DNA from: Euprymna scolopes
Lineage: Eukaryota
Strand: one strand, 5' to 3'
Assembly (NCBI GenBank): GCA_053919585.1
Contig: CM132810.1
DNA: 64,000 nucleotides
The number at the start of each line of letters is the position of its first letter. Positions within the stretch are counted from its first letter, which is position 1. The notes beneath the pieces are model-generated. The model was given only the letters and a program-made list of their open reading frames with translations. It searched no databases and was not told where the DNA came from. Below are positions 46,701 through 60,264 of this stretch, in pieces. Made by a program: the position numbers and the translations under genes.

Positions 46701-48200
46701 GTAAAGAATATTTATAAACATATTTTAATGTTTTCCGTTATTTTGTGCTTGAGGAATATTCGATTATGGCATGTGTAGTTTATATAAAAATTCATTTAAG
46801 TAGTTATTGTCTCAAATTTCGTTTTAATTTCGGTTCGCTGAAATTATTTCAAGTAAAGAGCATTAAAAACTATTTCAAAACAAAAAAAACATGAACTGAA
46901 CTTTTATTGACTATGGTAACATTTATTTCTTGTATATTTATTTTTTCGGGTAGTCGTTTGTTGGCTTTTCTGCTAAACACTCTTACTAAATAATATCGAC
47001 GAAATATTGAAAAACAAAGAAACAAAAACAGTTTTGAAAAATAACAAAGCTTTACTTACTTTAGTAAAATAATCCGAAACAGCAAAATGGGATATTAAAA
47101 AAGTAAACACATAATTACTTTAGTTTTTTAAAGCAAAGAATCAATGTAAATATGAATAAGAAAAAAATGGCGCCCTTTTCAAGCAGAACAGCTTCGTTTC
47201 AGTTTTACAGTATTGAACGGTGTAGTATTGCGCCACCAGATTTAGGGTTGTACTATTGTAATGTAAAGAACACGCAGAAAGGGTTGTAATCAACTGAATT
47301 CCTTCTAGTACACTGACAAAAAAAAGCTTAAACAGATATATAAATAAAAATAAAAAGGTTATGTAAATGTTTTTAAAAAGATGCGTAATCACGTGAGCAG
47401 GATTTTTTCCTTCTTTTGACATGATAACAAGTAACGTTCTTATTTTTATTATTTATCTATTTTCGAAAGAGTGCAACGTGCAAGTGGAGAAGGAAAAAAA
47501 CAGAGTTATGCAAAATTTGTGTCGAGAATTGTCTCAAGTTCCGACTTTTTTTTGGCTTTCACTTTAATAAGAACGTGAATGTATGAGGTGAATTTATTGG
47601 ACACAATATGATTCAACTAAAAAAAAAATAAATAAAAGCTAACGTGAATTAAGATTAAAGTTAAAGTGTTATTGTGGACCCTCACCCCTTTTAAAAAACC
47701 TTGTTAAACTTTGTGACATATTTACATTCTATGGAGGTCAGGCGCGAACGAACACCCAATAATTTTATTATACCATATTTCTTCAAACTGAAACATAATT
47801 ATCAAAGTATACTTACGCAAAAAGATATGAAAAGTCTTTGTTAAAGTTTGTGCCATATTTCCATGGAGTACAGGCGTGAAAGCAGACCCCACAATTTTAT
47901 TATACCATCCCTATTTAAGTTGAAACATACTTATCAAAGTATTCTTATGTACATCTATATCAAAAACCCTTGTAAACGTTTTTTTTTTCATTTTTTATTT
48001 CCATACTTTGGGGGCCAGGTGCGAACGCAGACCCCACAATTTTTATGAACCACCGTTCTGCCAGATCAAACATACCCATTCGTGATCCTCGATAATCTTC
48101 TATCATTATATGTAACCAGTTTTTTAAAATAGTCACCCATATAGGAGCCTATTCGTGAACACACACACACACAGACGTTCAGCTTTATATTATAGAAGAT
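43741..48200 (-). mobile_element. Second cluster of tandem non-autonomous Helitrons
   Basis: Hairpin plus CTAG-type 3' ends at 43741, ~44646, ~44993 and ~46196. The body at 43741-44990 matches 15270-16130. Confidence 0.72.
46467..46941. mobile_element. MITE-like element with perfect 43-bp inverted repeats
   Basis: ATAAATATACAAGAAATAAATGTTACCATAGTCAATAAAAGTT (46467-46509) and its exact complement at 46899-46941. Confidence 0.8.
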
Positions 48201-48376
48201 ATATATATATATAAGATTTTTGTACAATTGTTTCGACTCATTTTAAATGGTAAATCAGTATACTATAAAATATTTATAAATTTTGTATTGCACTATTGGG
48301 CTATCTAAAATAACTTTGTGTTATTTTCTCACATATTTGAATACTATTCCTATTAGTAATATATAGAAACGCGCGT

Positions 48377-48442
<66 letters not shown>

Positions 48443-48462
48443 CCATGCATTATTTTCTTTCA

Positions 48463-48510
48463 TCTAATATATAAGGACAACTTTCACTCCGAGTAACGCC
48501 GGATAGCTAG
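48463..48510 (+). mobile_element. 48-bp minimal Helitron (termini only)
   Basis: A|TCTAATATATAA...TCCG AGTAACGC CGGA TAG CTAG|T. The 5' 12 nt are identical to the 5' end of the 57344-57821 element. Confidence 0.55.
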
Positions 48511-49026
48511 TTCTTCATAAACAGGAACTGATAACAAAATTCTTTTTATGCCAGTTGATATGCTGTGTCGGTATAAGTGTGCAATCACTCACGCCTTTGT
48601 CATTTGAATACAAATGTCGTTAACATAAAATGCAAATTTTACCAAAACAACATGAACAACAAGAGAAAATACATATAATGAACAATGCTACAAGAAAAGT
48701 GAAAAATGAAAAACAACGCTGTGGCAAATTTCGAATCAATCTTATGCAGTAAATACTTCGAGATTTATGGGCAGCTGAACGTATGTGTTTTTTAAGTGCA
48801 GTTGAATTACTAATTTTTCGCAGATACAGTTTTCATCTTAGAGCAAGAACACCATGGCAAAAATAAATTAAAAAAAAAAAACGCGAAGTAATTATATCTC
48901 AGCCCAAATATCTACTTCATCCATGTCATCCATCTGATTTCCGATAATTTCAGCACAGTGACCTATCTTGAAACACCGATACGTACATATAAAAATTAAA
49001 AAAATGAATAATCGTATATATATATA

Positions 49027-52000
49027 TGACTTTCAAAAATATCGGCGAAAAAAGTGACCCCCCCTGAAGAAAAGTGCCCAGTTAAAGGTGAAGATATTAA
49101 TGATTTTAGCCAATTTTTCGATATTTGTCGTCTGAAAGGTCGAACTTCAAAATGATACTGATCTTGTAAAAATCCGTCGCCTCTATCGAAAGTTTTAGGC
49201 AGACATGCAAACATACCTACATACATACATTTATATATTGGTAACTAAAGATTTTCGACGCAAACGGATGAAAAAGCTTGCCCTATCTCTGAATAACCTT
49301 TATGTAAAATTTCAAATGTTTAGACCAGAAATTGTCTGAGTAATTTGGTAGAGACCGCAGAGGTAAAATTTAAAAAAAACTTTTACCCCTATTATTACCC
49401 GTTTACATTTATTGTTTTGGGCTCAAATCGTTATTAAGTTAGATCCATGTCCAAGGAACCTATATCTACAATTTCAAGTGTTTAGACCCAAAATTGTTGA
49501 AGGAGTTTGGTAGAGTTCTTAAAGATCAAATCGTTGAACTTTGACCCCTTAACAGCCAAATTTCTGGCCGAGAACCGATTACAAAGATTTTCCCAAATCT
49601 CACTACCCTGTATATCAAATTTCGAGTCTGTAGACTGAAAGTTGACAGAATTATTGTGTAAGGAAATGTACACACACACAGACAGACACACAGACACGTT
49701 CACTTTTATATATATATATACTAGCATTTTAGCCCGGCGTTGCCCACGTGTTTGGATGTGTATATTGAGAAAAAAAAAAGTGGTCGTAGGAAGGCAGGCT
49801 CAAACCGTACCGCAAAGGAAGAAAAGAGCGGGGTAAAACCTAACGTTTATGCTGTTACGACCACTGCCAACCCGGAAGCGACATTTTAAAAAATTATGGC
49901 TAGACAATCTAAAGGAGAGGATAACTTTAAAAAATATCGGCGAAATAAGTGAACCCTCCCCCCTGTAGAAAAGTGCCTAGTTGAAGGGGAAGATATTAAT
50001 ATTTTTAGCCAATTTTTCGATATTTGTCGTATGAAAGATCAAACTTTAAAACGTTACTGATCTTGGTAAAATCCGTCGCCTCTATTGAAAGTTTAAGGCA
50101 GACATGCAAACATACATACATACATACATTTATATATTGGTAACTAAAAATTTTCGACCCAAACTGATGAAAAAGCTTGCCCTATGTCTGAATAACCTTT
50201 ATGTAAAATTTCAAATATTTAGACCAGAAATTGTCTGAGTAATTTGGAAGAGACCGCAGAGGTCAATTTTTAAAAACTTTGACTCCTATTATGACGCCTT
50301 AAAATTTATTGTTTTGGGCTCAAATCAAGTTATTAAGTTAGATCCCTGTCCAAGGAACCTATATCTAAAATTTCAAGTGCGTAGATCCAAAATTGTCAGA
50401 GGAGTTTGGTAGAGTTCTCAAAGGACAAATCGTTGAACTTTGACCCCTTAATCGCCAAATTTCTCTCCGAGAACTGATCACATGGATTTTCCCAAATCTC
50501 AGTACCCTGTATATCAAATTTTGAGTCTGTAGACTAAAAATTGACAGAGTTATTGCATAGAGAAATGTACACACACACACACACACAGACACGTTCACTT
50601 TTATAGATATATAGATAGATGCATAAATATATATGGAAACAATATTGTGTTTTCTGTAAACATTTTACGCAAATATTATGCAAGTATAAACCATGTAGAA
50701 TATCTGCATGAATATAATTACATGTAATAGTTAGCTAAAGATGATCATCCCATAAGAAAACCGAAAAAACTAATAGGGAATTAATTAAAATGAATGTTTA
50801 AAAGAATATGCAAATTAGCTAGATTTTTTTTTTTTTTTTTTTCACACAGTGATCACCACTTATCAAGGCCCGGAAGCCACTCAGGGATAAGGGTTATTGC
50901 AAGTACATTACGTTAGTGTGGAGATTTGATGAAGTGTTTACTTAAGGGGGCGGTTCATTAGGAATTTGTTAACATTGGACTTGAAGACATCCAAGTTGTA
51001 GTCCGGAGGGAAGCAGGCAGACGGAACAGAGTTCCACAGGCGTGCAGTTCTAAGAAAGAAGCTTTGTTCATGGAATCCGCGTTTTGATTTAGGCACAGAT
51101 ATAGAGTGGGGGAAATTTTTCACAGTGGATTCAGCTAGACGGGTGTTTTCGTGAAAGATTGGCGAGGGGGGACCAGAGATTGGAGTTCAGACGAGCACCT
51201 GCCATGGAAATAACGATAAAACAAGGATAGGCTCGCAACGTCTCTTCTGTGGGAGAGAGGTTGCAGGGTAGAGAAAAGGGCATCCCCCACTAAGCCACGA
51301 AGTCTTTTTTATACTCTGTCAAGGCAGGATAGGCTGTTTTTAGCAGCTCCTGCCCAGATATGGCAACAGTATTCCATCATTGGACGTACTTGGCTTTTAT
51401 ATAGATAGAGAATTGCATTAGTAGTGAGATATCTTCTGGAGCGGTAGAAGGATCCCACCATCTTTCCAGCGACCTTGGCAACAGACTTGATGTACTTGTT
51501 CCATTTCAGATCAGGAGTAAAGGTCAAACCCAGAAGCTTGTCAAAACACGGGGCCTCACCCAGACGAGAGCCATCCATCACAATTGATGCCAGCTGGGGA
51601 TCAGAGCGTTGATGATGTAAGGATAGGAGTTTGGTTTTGGATTCATTAAAGGTAACCAGCCACATCTTCCCCCACTGAACCACGCGCTCGAGATCAGAGG
51701 AGAGAGAATCAGAGAGAACTTTGTCATTTACAGCCTTTGATGTGTTGCCGTAGATGGTCGTGTCATCAGCATAGATGTCAACGAATGATTTAAGTATGTG
51801 TTTAGGGAGATCATTGATGTAGATCAGGAAGAGAGTTGGGCCCAGGATTGACCCCTGAGGTACTCCAGCATTTCTATTGCAGGCCTCCGATTTTTGTCCA
51901 TCTACCACTACTCTTATGAGCCTATCAGAGAGAAATGATTTAATGATTGAGAAAACATTTCCAGTTATACCGTAGCTGGAAATCTTGTGAAGTAGACCCT

Positions 52001-54505
52001 TATGCCATACCTTGTCGAAGGCCTTTGATATGTCAAGAGCAATTTCCCTAGAAAGGAAGCCTTTGTCAAGAGATTCACTAATCCTGTGGGATATAACCGT
52101 CAGCACATCTGCGGTAGATCTTGCAGAGCGGAAACCATATTGTGTGTCACTAAGAAGGTTATTCCTGCTGAGGTGGTTGACTATTTCTCTATTTAATATG
52201 GATTCCAGCAACTTACTCATAACACACAGGAGACTTATAGGTCTGTACTGAGAGTGAGATGACTTATCACCTGAATTCTTAAATACAGAGCAAACTGATG
52301 AGGTCTTCCAGGGAGTCGGAAAGCACTTCTCCTTAAGGCAGCACTTAAATAGTTTCGTAAGTATGGGAGCAAGTTCTGGTTAAAGCTTTTTTAACACTAT
52401 AATTGGGATGCCATCAGGGCCAGTTGCTTTACTGGAATCTAGGTTCTTTATTAGCTTGGCGACCTCATGCACGGATATTTGTATGTTACCTAGCTTGTTC
52501 TGTGTTATAGGAGGAAATATGGGGAGTTGATTGCCTTCGTCGCATAGGGTAGAATTAGCTGCAAAGTTCTTTGCAAATAGTTTGGCCTTGTCTGACGCTG
52601 ACGAGATGACCTCTGGTCCATTGATAATGGTTGGGATAGAACGCACACTTCTGTTCAGGATCCTATTTGCTATTTGCCAAAACTGGTGGGATCCAAGCCG
52701 CTGATCAGCTACCTTGGATTTAACAAACTGGGCATATAGCTCTCTTGCATTTTTTATTACCCTTTTACAGTGGTTGCTGGCAGACCTGAAAGCAGCTTTG
52801 GTCTCAGTGCATCTATTACGTTGGTAGCTATGGAAAAAGTGATTTCTGTGCGCGATAGCAGCAGCACATTCTGGGGGAGAACCATGGCTGGCTGTTAGGT
52901 TTTTGTTGGAATTTTTTAGATGGTATGAATTGGTCTATGCCTACAATTAACCATTCGGTCAGATCTGATACTATAGAGGACACTTCCTTTTTAAACATGG
53001 AGTGCAGAGGTAAATCAGATATGAATGTACGGAAGCTATCCCAGTCAGCCATAGAGTATCGGTATACAGTACGGTGGAGGGGTATGTCTGGGGGCTTCTT
53101 ACATTTTGTTTTTATCTTAACTGATACGACGGAGTGGTCGGAGGATCCTAGAGGAGAATGAACGGAACATGAACATAGCTCAAGGGAAGTTGAGAGAAAA
53201 AGGTCTAGGAGGCTTGCATATTGACCGGGTGTATCGGGCACACGGGTGGGTTCGCAAACAATCTGAGTGAGGTCATAAGCAATGGCAAAATCATGACAAA
53301 ACCTCCCCTCATCATCTGTCTTATTTGAATGGGTCAGCCATTCCACGTTATGGACGTTGAAGTCACCACAGATGTGGATGTTAGCCGAGGGATGTGAAGA
53401 CAGTATGTGGTCTATTTTCTCAGATATGCTCTTAAAGATAGTAACTCCGCTGTTGTGGGGCCTATAGAGGGCAAATATAAATGCAGTGGTGTTAGCAAGT
53501 GCAACCCTGAAGCACATATAGGGTAAATTAGGATCTTCTCTAGATATATCCCTGCCACACGGGAAGCCATCCTTAATGTAGGCACATATTCCATGCCCAT
53601 GGCGATCTTGGGTGTCAGATTTAGCTGTTAAATTAGAGTATCCATTAATTATGAACTCATCTAGGGAAGTGGTCGGCCCTATTCCAGTTTCACTTAGAAA
53701 TAATATGTCCAGTTTCGTCTCCTGTAATTGGGTTTCAACATCTGGAAGGTTGGAACGTAGACCCCTGATGTTGGAGAAGGAGACCTGGTAGTAGGGGTCT
53801 ACGTTGGAAGATGGGGTTCTAGGTTTAATCGAGTTTTTATTCTGGAGATATTTCATGTTGAGGTTTTGGGATTTGTGGAACAGGTCGGCATACTTGGTTA
53901 GAGCAGTACAGAGAGGGAAAGTAAGAGAGAAAAAGACAGGAAAATTTTTTTTTGTAGCACACTTAAAACTGTAACAATTACCCACTAGTATGGCATCGAG
54001 AGGCTCCACCAGAGACTACTGCATGGTCCAGATCCACTCACCAAGTGGCAATACAGCAGTCCCAGTACTTTGCGCCTGCTGATAGGACAGCCTCCTTAGT
54101 GGTTAATCCAAGGTTCGGGTCCCTGACTATCAGGCGGATAACGTCAGCCCAGACAAAACGTTTACCTCCAGCACCCTTACTAGTGACATGGCCACAAGGA
54201 CAGACAGAGACAGAAAAATTTCCGACATCTCAGACTACTGGTCACCAAGTACTACCGACCTTTAAGCAGCTTTTTCTTCACCCTTTGTCAGAAAAATCAC
54301 TCATTGAATGAGGACTGAATGACAAAATAGGAGAAGCGAGAGTTACTGGAGCTGCCGATAACACATCCACTGTATTATCTACTCTCCATAATCTTTTGCA
54401 GACTAATTCAATTCCATTACCCATATATAAGAAAATTGTATTTTCTTTTTAAATAAATAGAAAAGAGAGGTTTTAATATGAATATCAATACACACAAAAG
54501 AAAAA
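49027..54505 (-). mobile_element. Third Helitron tandem cluster, interrupted by the CR1 LINE
   Basis: Same body as 15270-16130, with a CTAG end at 49721. The host sequence TAGCTAG|ATCTTTTGCA resumes at 54391. Confidence 0.75.
50824..54390 (-). mobile_element. Near full-length, young single-ORF CR1-clade LINE (APE plus RT)
   Basis: APE in ORF 52828..54009 (SNIRGL, LSET, GDFN, SDH) and RT in 51309..52220 (KAFD, GVPQGS, YADD). Poly-T at 50824-50842. Disablements are few: stops at ~52380 and ~51309 and homopolymer frameshifts. Confidence 0.95.
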
Positions 54506-54518
54506 CGAATTTATAGGA

Positions 54519-54570
<52 letters not shown>

Positions 54571-54635
54571 GCTCATATACGCTCTGTTACACAAATGCAC
54601 ATACTGTACATATAAAAATAATTTCAATATGTTTA

Positions 54636-56978
54636 TGTAGTGATATGCAAATGAAGTATAATTTACATATGAGCAGATAGCTCATATTTATAAACTGACA
54701 CCAACTAGAACAGGTTGATTGCTGAATGGTTACTTAACGCAAAAAGTTGAAAGATAACAAAACAGCGGAGGGGAAAATGAAATCACCGACTTATTTTTGG
54801 CTAGCGCTGGTTGTGAAACAATTATGAAGGTTGCTACAATGGTTTTCCCCTCGAGAACTAGAAGAAATGATTTTCGAAGAAATAAGTCAGGTTATCAAGG
54901 GAAACATGAGGCCAAAGAAAAGACTGTTGATTGCAGAAAGGACCAAGTTTATGGCAATGAAGCAGAAAGTGGATGAACCGATAGTAAAACATTTACAACA
55001 GTTAAGAAGTGCGAGTAAATACTGTGACTTTGAAAAACTAGGAACAGAAGAACAGACAACAGAAGAAGAGTTAACCCAACCTAGATTAATTGAAGGTATG
55101 CATAATTCAGCACATAGATATAAGCTAATGGAACAGTTACAACCCAACAGTACAAATTTTTAACCCTAAGAAGTGAGCATTGTCGTATCCGGTATATTGT
55201 CACAAGATGGTCATCCTGTAATGTACCTATCGAGGAGATTAACAAAGACTGAACACAATTATTTGAATATAGAAGAGGAGCCATAGTGTGGACAACGTAT
55301 AGATCAAGACAGTTCTTGATGGAAAAAAGTTCTTGTTGAAAAGTGATCACAGACCCCTGGAATATACTTTCAACCCAAGAACTACTGAAAGTTACAACGT
55401 CCAGAATATTATGTTGAGTGATCAGACTGATGGCATTCGACTTTGACATTGAGTATGTTAAAGAGAATATGATACCGCATGTTGATGCCTTATCTAGGTT
55501 GATGCTTTATAGAGAGGATAAGGAAAAAAATTTGAACACACCTTCCTGCACCTTGTAGAAACCGATGTAATATCTGTAGATAAAATAGCTACTGAAACTA
55601 CAAATAACCCAGTGTTAAACAGAATAGTGTTGAACAGAATAGTGTTAAACAGAATAGTGTTAAACAGAATAGTGTTAAGGATAAAAGAGAATCGCTGGGG
55701 AAATTGTTCAATGGCTGAAAGACCATTCAAAGAAACAAGGCATAAACTTACTATAGAAAACAGGGTAATATGTAATGACATGTGGAGTGGCAGCTATGCA
55801 AAGAAGGTTAAAATTGGAAGCTTCGTGGCCGGAGTACTCAAGAGATGTAGAGGACTATGTAAAAAATTGCAAAAAATGCACAGAACTTAGGAATTTCAAG
55901 CAAAAGAAAATACATATGTGGGCCCCAAGAAGTAGAACCGTGGAGCAGAGTACACATGGATCATGCCTATGTCAATTAATATTAGTAGATGCATATTCAG
56001 GTTGGCCTAGAGTGGTGAGAGTACCTGATAAAAAAGTACCACCGTAAAACAAATATCAAGATATATCGGGATACCGAGAACATTGGTGACGAATAACGCG
56101 CCAGAATTTGTGGATGCTGATTTGCATGAATGGCTAAGAAAAATAAGATGCAGACCTTACAAGACCTCTCCCTACCACCCTCAAAGTAACGGGATAGCAG
56201 AAAGAATGGTCCAGACAGTAAAGAAGGGCATAAAAGCATGTTTGCAACAGAAGGAGAAAATCAATGCTTTCCTACCAAGACTATTACTAAGTTATAGAAC
56301 AATTCCACATGCAGGCAGGCCAGAAAGTCCATCTGCCTTAATGAGCAGACAATTAAGATCCCTTTTAACTATGTCATATGCCACAAATCAAAAGATGTGG
56401 TACAAAAGAAATAGGAACACAGAAGCCGAGACAGCAGAATTTATTATGCAGAAAGGACATAATACTGCAATATTAAATAAAGAAAATGGGAACAGAGTTC
56501 TAGCTTATGTTGATCAAATGGGAACAGAGTTCTAGCTTATGTTGATCAAATAAGATCCCAAGGAGAACAATTGAATGAGGAAATGCCTTCAATCTGCCCA
56601 TTATTGACATAACAGAAGAGTTACTGCAGAATGAGATTGCGGAGCAAGAAGTAGAGAGAGACGAAGTAGAAGAGGAATAAGTAGAATGACACAGTTCAGA
56701 AGAGGAAGATCAGAATATGCAGGAGGAACCGTTCGATTATAGAGAAAGACGTGATAGATCCAAATCTCCAAGGAAAAGGAGAGAGATAAAGAAGATGTTC
56801 AGGAGGGCACAAGAAGAAATACAAGAAGGACTCGCAGCATAAAGCCCCTCCGTTATAGGGAGATGTAGTGATATGAAAATTAAGTATAATTTGCACATGA
56901 GCAGATAGCTCATATTTATAAACTGACACCAACTTGAACAGGTGGTTGTTGAACGCTTATTTAGCATTATTCACGACA
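54636..56978 (+). mobile_element. Internally deleted Gypsy (Mag-like) LTR element
   Basis: LTRs TGTAGTGATATG... at 54636 (partial) and 56864-56978, with a purine tract before the 3' LTR. Gag remnant at 54831, RNase H remnant at ~55200-55500 and integrase in 56083..56535 (YHPQSNGIAERMV). No RT seen. Confidence 0.88.
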
Positions 56979-57343
56979 TATCAATTTATAATGTGTTTTG
57001 CATTTTTAATAGGTGGTAGATCATTTAGACTTAGTCATAAGTAACTCTCATGCTGGAAAAATGTGTGCACCCCTGATATATATATATATATATATATGCT
57101 TTGAATGTTTTATATACATGTAATGACAGTATGACATTTAAGTAAGTAAATTTTAATCAAGAGGAAATTTGCATAGTAAATGTAATATATACTAAATTAT
57201 TTCAATTTGCTCATAAAACAAACGTTATACCTGACATTATCTAGGATACTTTTGACTTTCAATTCTGGAAAAGTATGTTGTTTTAACTTAAAATAATGTC
57301 GACTTATAAGATTTTGTTTTATAATTCTTCAATTTATGAATAA

Positions 57344-57821
57344 CTAGCGGGGGTACATGGTGTTGCCCGGATATGGAGAGGTGGTGTAGTAAGGAACCTT
57401 AAAACAACAGTAGGCAGTCCAGGTGGAGAGAGGTGTTTAAAAATAAGTGGTAGTAGGCAGACGTAACATGAAGTAGGAAAAGAAGGTGAAAAAAACCTGT
57501 TTTAGCTAATGCGTTCATCATGATGCCAGAAAAAGTTGCAAGTGTTCGAATTAAGGGTAGTCAATCAAATGGGGACGATGATTTGCGAAAATGTTGACAA
57601 AAAAAAAACGGCCCGTCCTGTTGAGAGTGAAGGAGTTAATGTTTTTGGCCAAATTTTCGATATTTGTCGTCCAAGAGACCGTGCTTTAAAATGATACTGA
57701 TTTTGTCACGTTCCAATGCATCTGTTGGAAGTTTTTGTGAGACATTCACGCACACACACACATACACACACACGCACACACACACACGCACACACACACA
57801 TTTTGCCTTTTATATATTAGA
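57344..57821 (-). mobile_element. Solitary non-autonomous Helitron
   Basis: Minus strand reads A|TCTAATATATAAAAGGC ... hairpin ... CTAG|T, with an internal CA tract. Confidence 0.7.
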
Positions 57822-58015
57822 TAAGAACTTAAAAGTCAATTGCAAGGCAGTCGATTTTCATAAATAATTCCTTTTTGTGAAATTCAAATTATATATTATT
57901 CTTATATATTATATATTTTATTAAGGTATTTTGTTGTCTTCAATTTAATACATCACTGAATAAGTTCTGAGTATGGCTCCAGTAATATGAAACATGATTT
58001 TTTATAAAGCACGTA

Positions 58016-58218
58016 CAGTAGAACCACGGGATATGGTGGCCCTAGGATACAGTTTTTTCAGATTACGATGTGGAATACAATGTTTTTCCCGCTCCTGGTT
58101 ACCATATTTGCCCCACCTTATGGTGTTATTTATAATGTCATTTGATTATATACATATGCATTATATCTGTACTGCATTTTGTTACTGATTTTTAATGCTG
58201 TATCCAAGGGTTCTACTG
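58016..58218. mobile_element. pogo/Tigger-like MITE with TA TSD
   Basis: TA|CAGTAGAACC...GGTTCTACTG|TA. Confidence 0.8.
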
Positions 58219-58224
58219 TACTTG

Positions 58225-59950
58225 CAAATGACATCCATCAAAATTTGAGCCCAGTTGGATTATTAGTTTACAAATTATAGTAAGTGAAGCAATTTTTCAA
58301 AACAATGGAAAACTTAATTCGTGTGTTAATAAAGCATTGCTTTCTGATGTGAAAAATACTGTTCAAGCAAAGCAATGGCTTAATAAGTTTTATTCAGATT
58401 CTGGTTCATTGAAAACAATGGTTAAGAGGTGGTATGCTAACTTTAAATGTGGTCGTACAGACACAAATGATGCCAAATGCTCAGGTCATCTTAATTTGGC
58501 AGTTGTCATGAAAAACATAAAGAAGTCCTCAAACTCGTTTTGGCTGATCATAAAGTTCATTTCACCATTTTTCCAGATTTGTCAAATGAGAAAGTTGTGT
58601 TCGAAATGTGTGCTATATTTGCTCACAATCAATCAAAAACGATTACCCTTCAATGTGTCACAGCAATGAAAAGTTTTTTGTGTTAATGTTTGACAATGAA
58701 TGAAACACGGATGGTCAAATTAATTGCCAGCTAAGTGGACAACAACAGATGAAAACCGTCCAAATCAACAACAGCAATTTGGCCTTCATATTTTGTATTT
58801 TGTTTATCAATTATCAAATCATTGAGAAAAGAACAAACTATTAAAAGTGAATATTACATCGCATTATTGGATCGTTTGCAAAAAAAAAAAAAATGTAAAA
58901 ATAAACAGCCACAAATAAAGAAGAAAATGCATTCTTTTATGAACATGATGCACCATGTTATAGAAATGAGATAACGACGAAATGGAAGTTTCATTCTATA
59001 TTAATAAACTTTATTTGTTATGTTCGCTGGTAGCTTTATAAGAAGAGTACAAGAGAGAACCGTATTAGTCAGAGAGTTCATTGTTCGTACACGCTTGTAT
59101 TTATAGAAGTCATGAAGAGTTCGTTGATAGAGAGAAAAGTGTTCCATTTAAAGATAGAATTAATATATTGCTAGTGCATTGAGGGAGACAATAGTTCAGT
59201 GTTCGTGCGTGCACATGTTTATAGCTAGTAGCCATCGGTACAAAGGAAGCTGGTTAAAAGAAAGAAAGGGCAAAGACTTCAGCATGTTGTCATGAGTGTG
59301 TGTGAGTCGTATCAACGAGGACAGTTCTTTTGCATGACAAAGAATGTTCATTTGGGTACGGCATGTGGAAGCAAGTAGTAGTTTGAAGAGAAGCTTGGTT
59401 AGTACTCACGTTAGGCCTGGCGATGTTTGCTGTTGGGCAAACCAGCTGGAAAAAGGGTTACAGGTTCGTGATTCTGTCTTTTATTTACTCAGTCATGTGA
59501 TAGGTCATGTGATAGGGAGCTGGCTTGTGATTGGACAAGCCAGGAGGAAATGAATTTCAAATCTCAAAGTTATGAGAAGTAATCCCTGCTTGTTAGTAGC
59601 GGCTGCTACAATGTCCTAAGTTAATCATAGTGATAGCTACAAAGCTACATAAATTGTACTGTAAAATGCTTTTGCAGCCATCTATACTCTAGATTTGACC
59701 CTCTTGCAAAATTAAAACAAAAATGCTTCAGGAAAAACAAAATTTGACTCCAATGGAAAAGTGATATCGGAAATTGAGGCATATTTTGAGGCCAAAAATA
59801 AATCGTTCTACAAAAATGCATCGAATTGTTAGGGAAAAATTAAAATCAGTGTATCATCATAGAAGTCAACTATGTTGATGAATATAGTTCAATTTTTCAT
59901 AAACGTTGCTGCTTTATTAGTTTTATGCATAGAACTCATTGAGGGATATG
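58225..59950 (+). mobile_element. Degenerate mariner element containing a solo LTR
   Basis: ORF 58337..58669 has KNTVQAKQWL...VKRWYANFKCGRTDTNDA. YSPDL-like and FEAKNKSFY remnants lie at ~59680-59820. Confidence 0.82.
58959..59610 (-). mobile_element. Solo LTR (~650 bp) with 4-bp TSD ATGT
   Basis: ATGT at 58955-58958 and 59611-59614, ends TATAG...CTACA and AATAAA on the minus strand. It interrupts the mariner DAPC codons. Confidence 0.7.
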
Positions 59951-60144
59951 TTAATTGAATGCAATTGTTTAAAATTTGAACTTAATTCAAACAGTTATGT
60001 TTATTCATAAAATTACAGACAGACAATATCTTATAAAGATGTAAACCTAAAATGGGAAGAAATCGTAAATTTCTATAACTTTTTTTATAAATGAAGCAAA
60101 CATGTTGATATGAAGTAAATTCTGTTTTTCATTTTCCTTTTCAG

Positions 60145-60264
60145 AATGGAGCCCAAAAGCGTCTTCCTATTATGCTTTGTGCCAATAAGACCGATCTTAG
60201 ACCAGAAATGGAGGCTTCAGGTCGCCGTGTTGTTAAGTTTGAAGATGGCTTAAGATTATCTAGA
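60145..60264 (+). CDS. RASEF: RASEF Rab domain exon with G4 (NGAQKRLPIMLCANKTDLRPEMEASGRRVVKFEDGLRLSR), phase 0-0
   Basis: ttttcAG acceptor, GTAAGT donor and NKxD motif. The G5 (ETSAK) exon is expected beyond the window. Confidence 0.93.
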
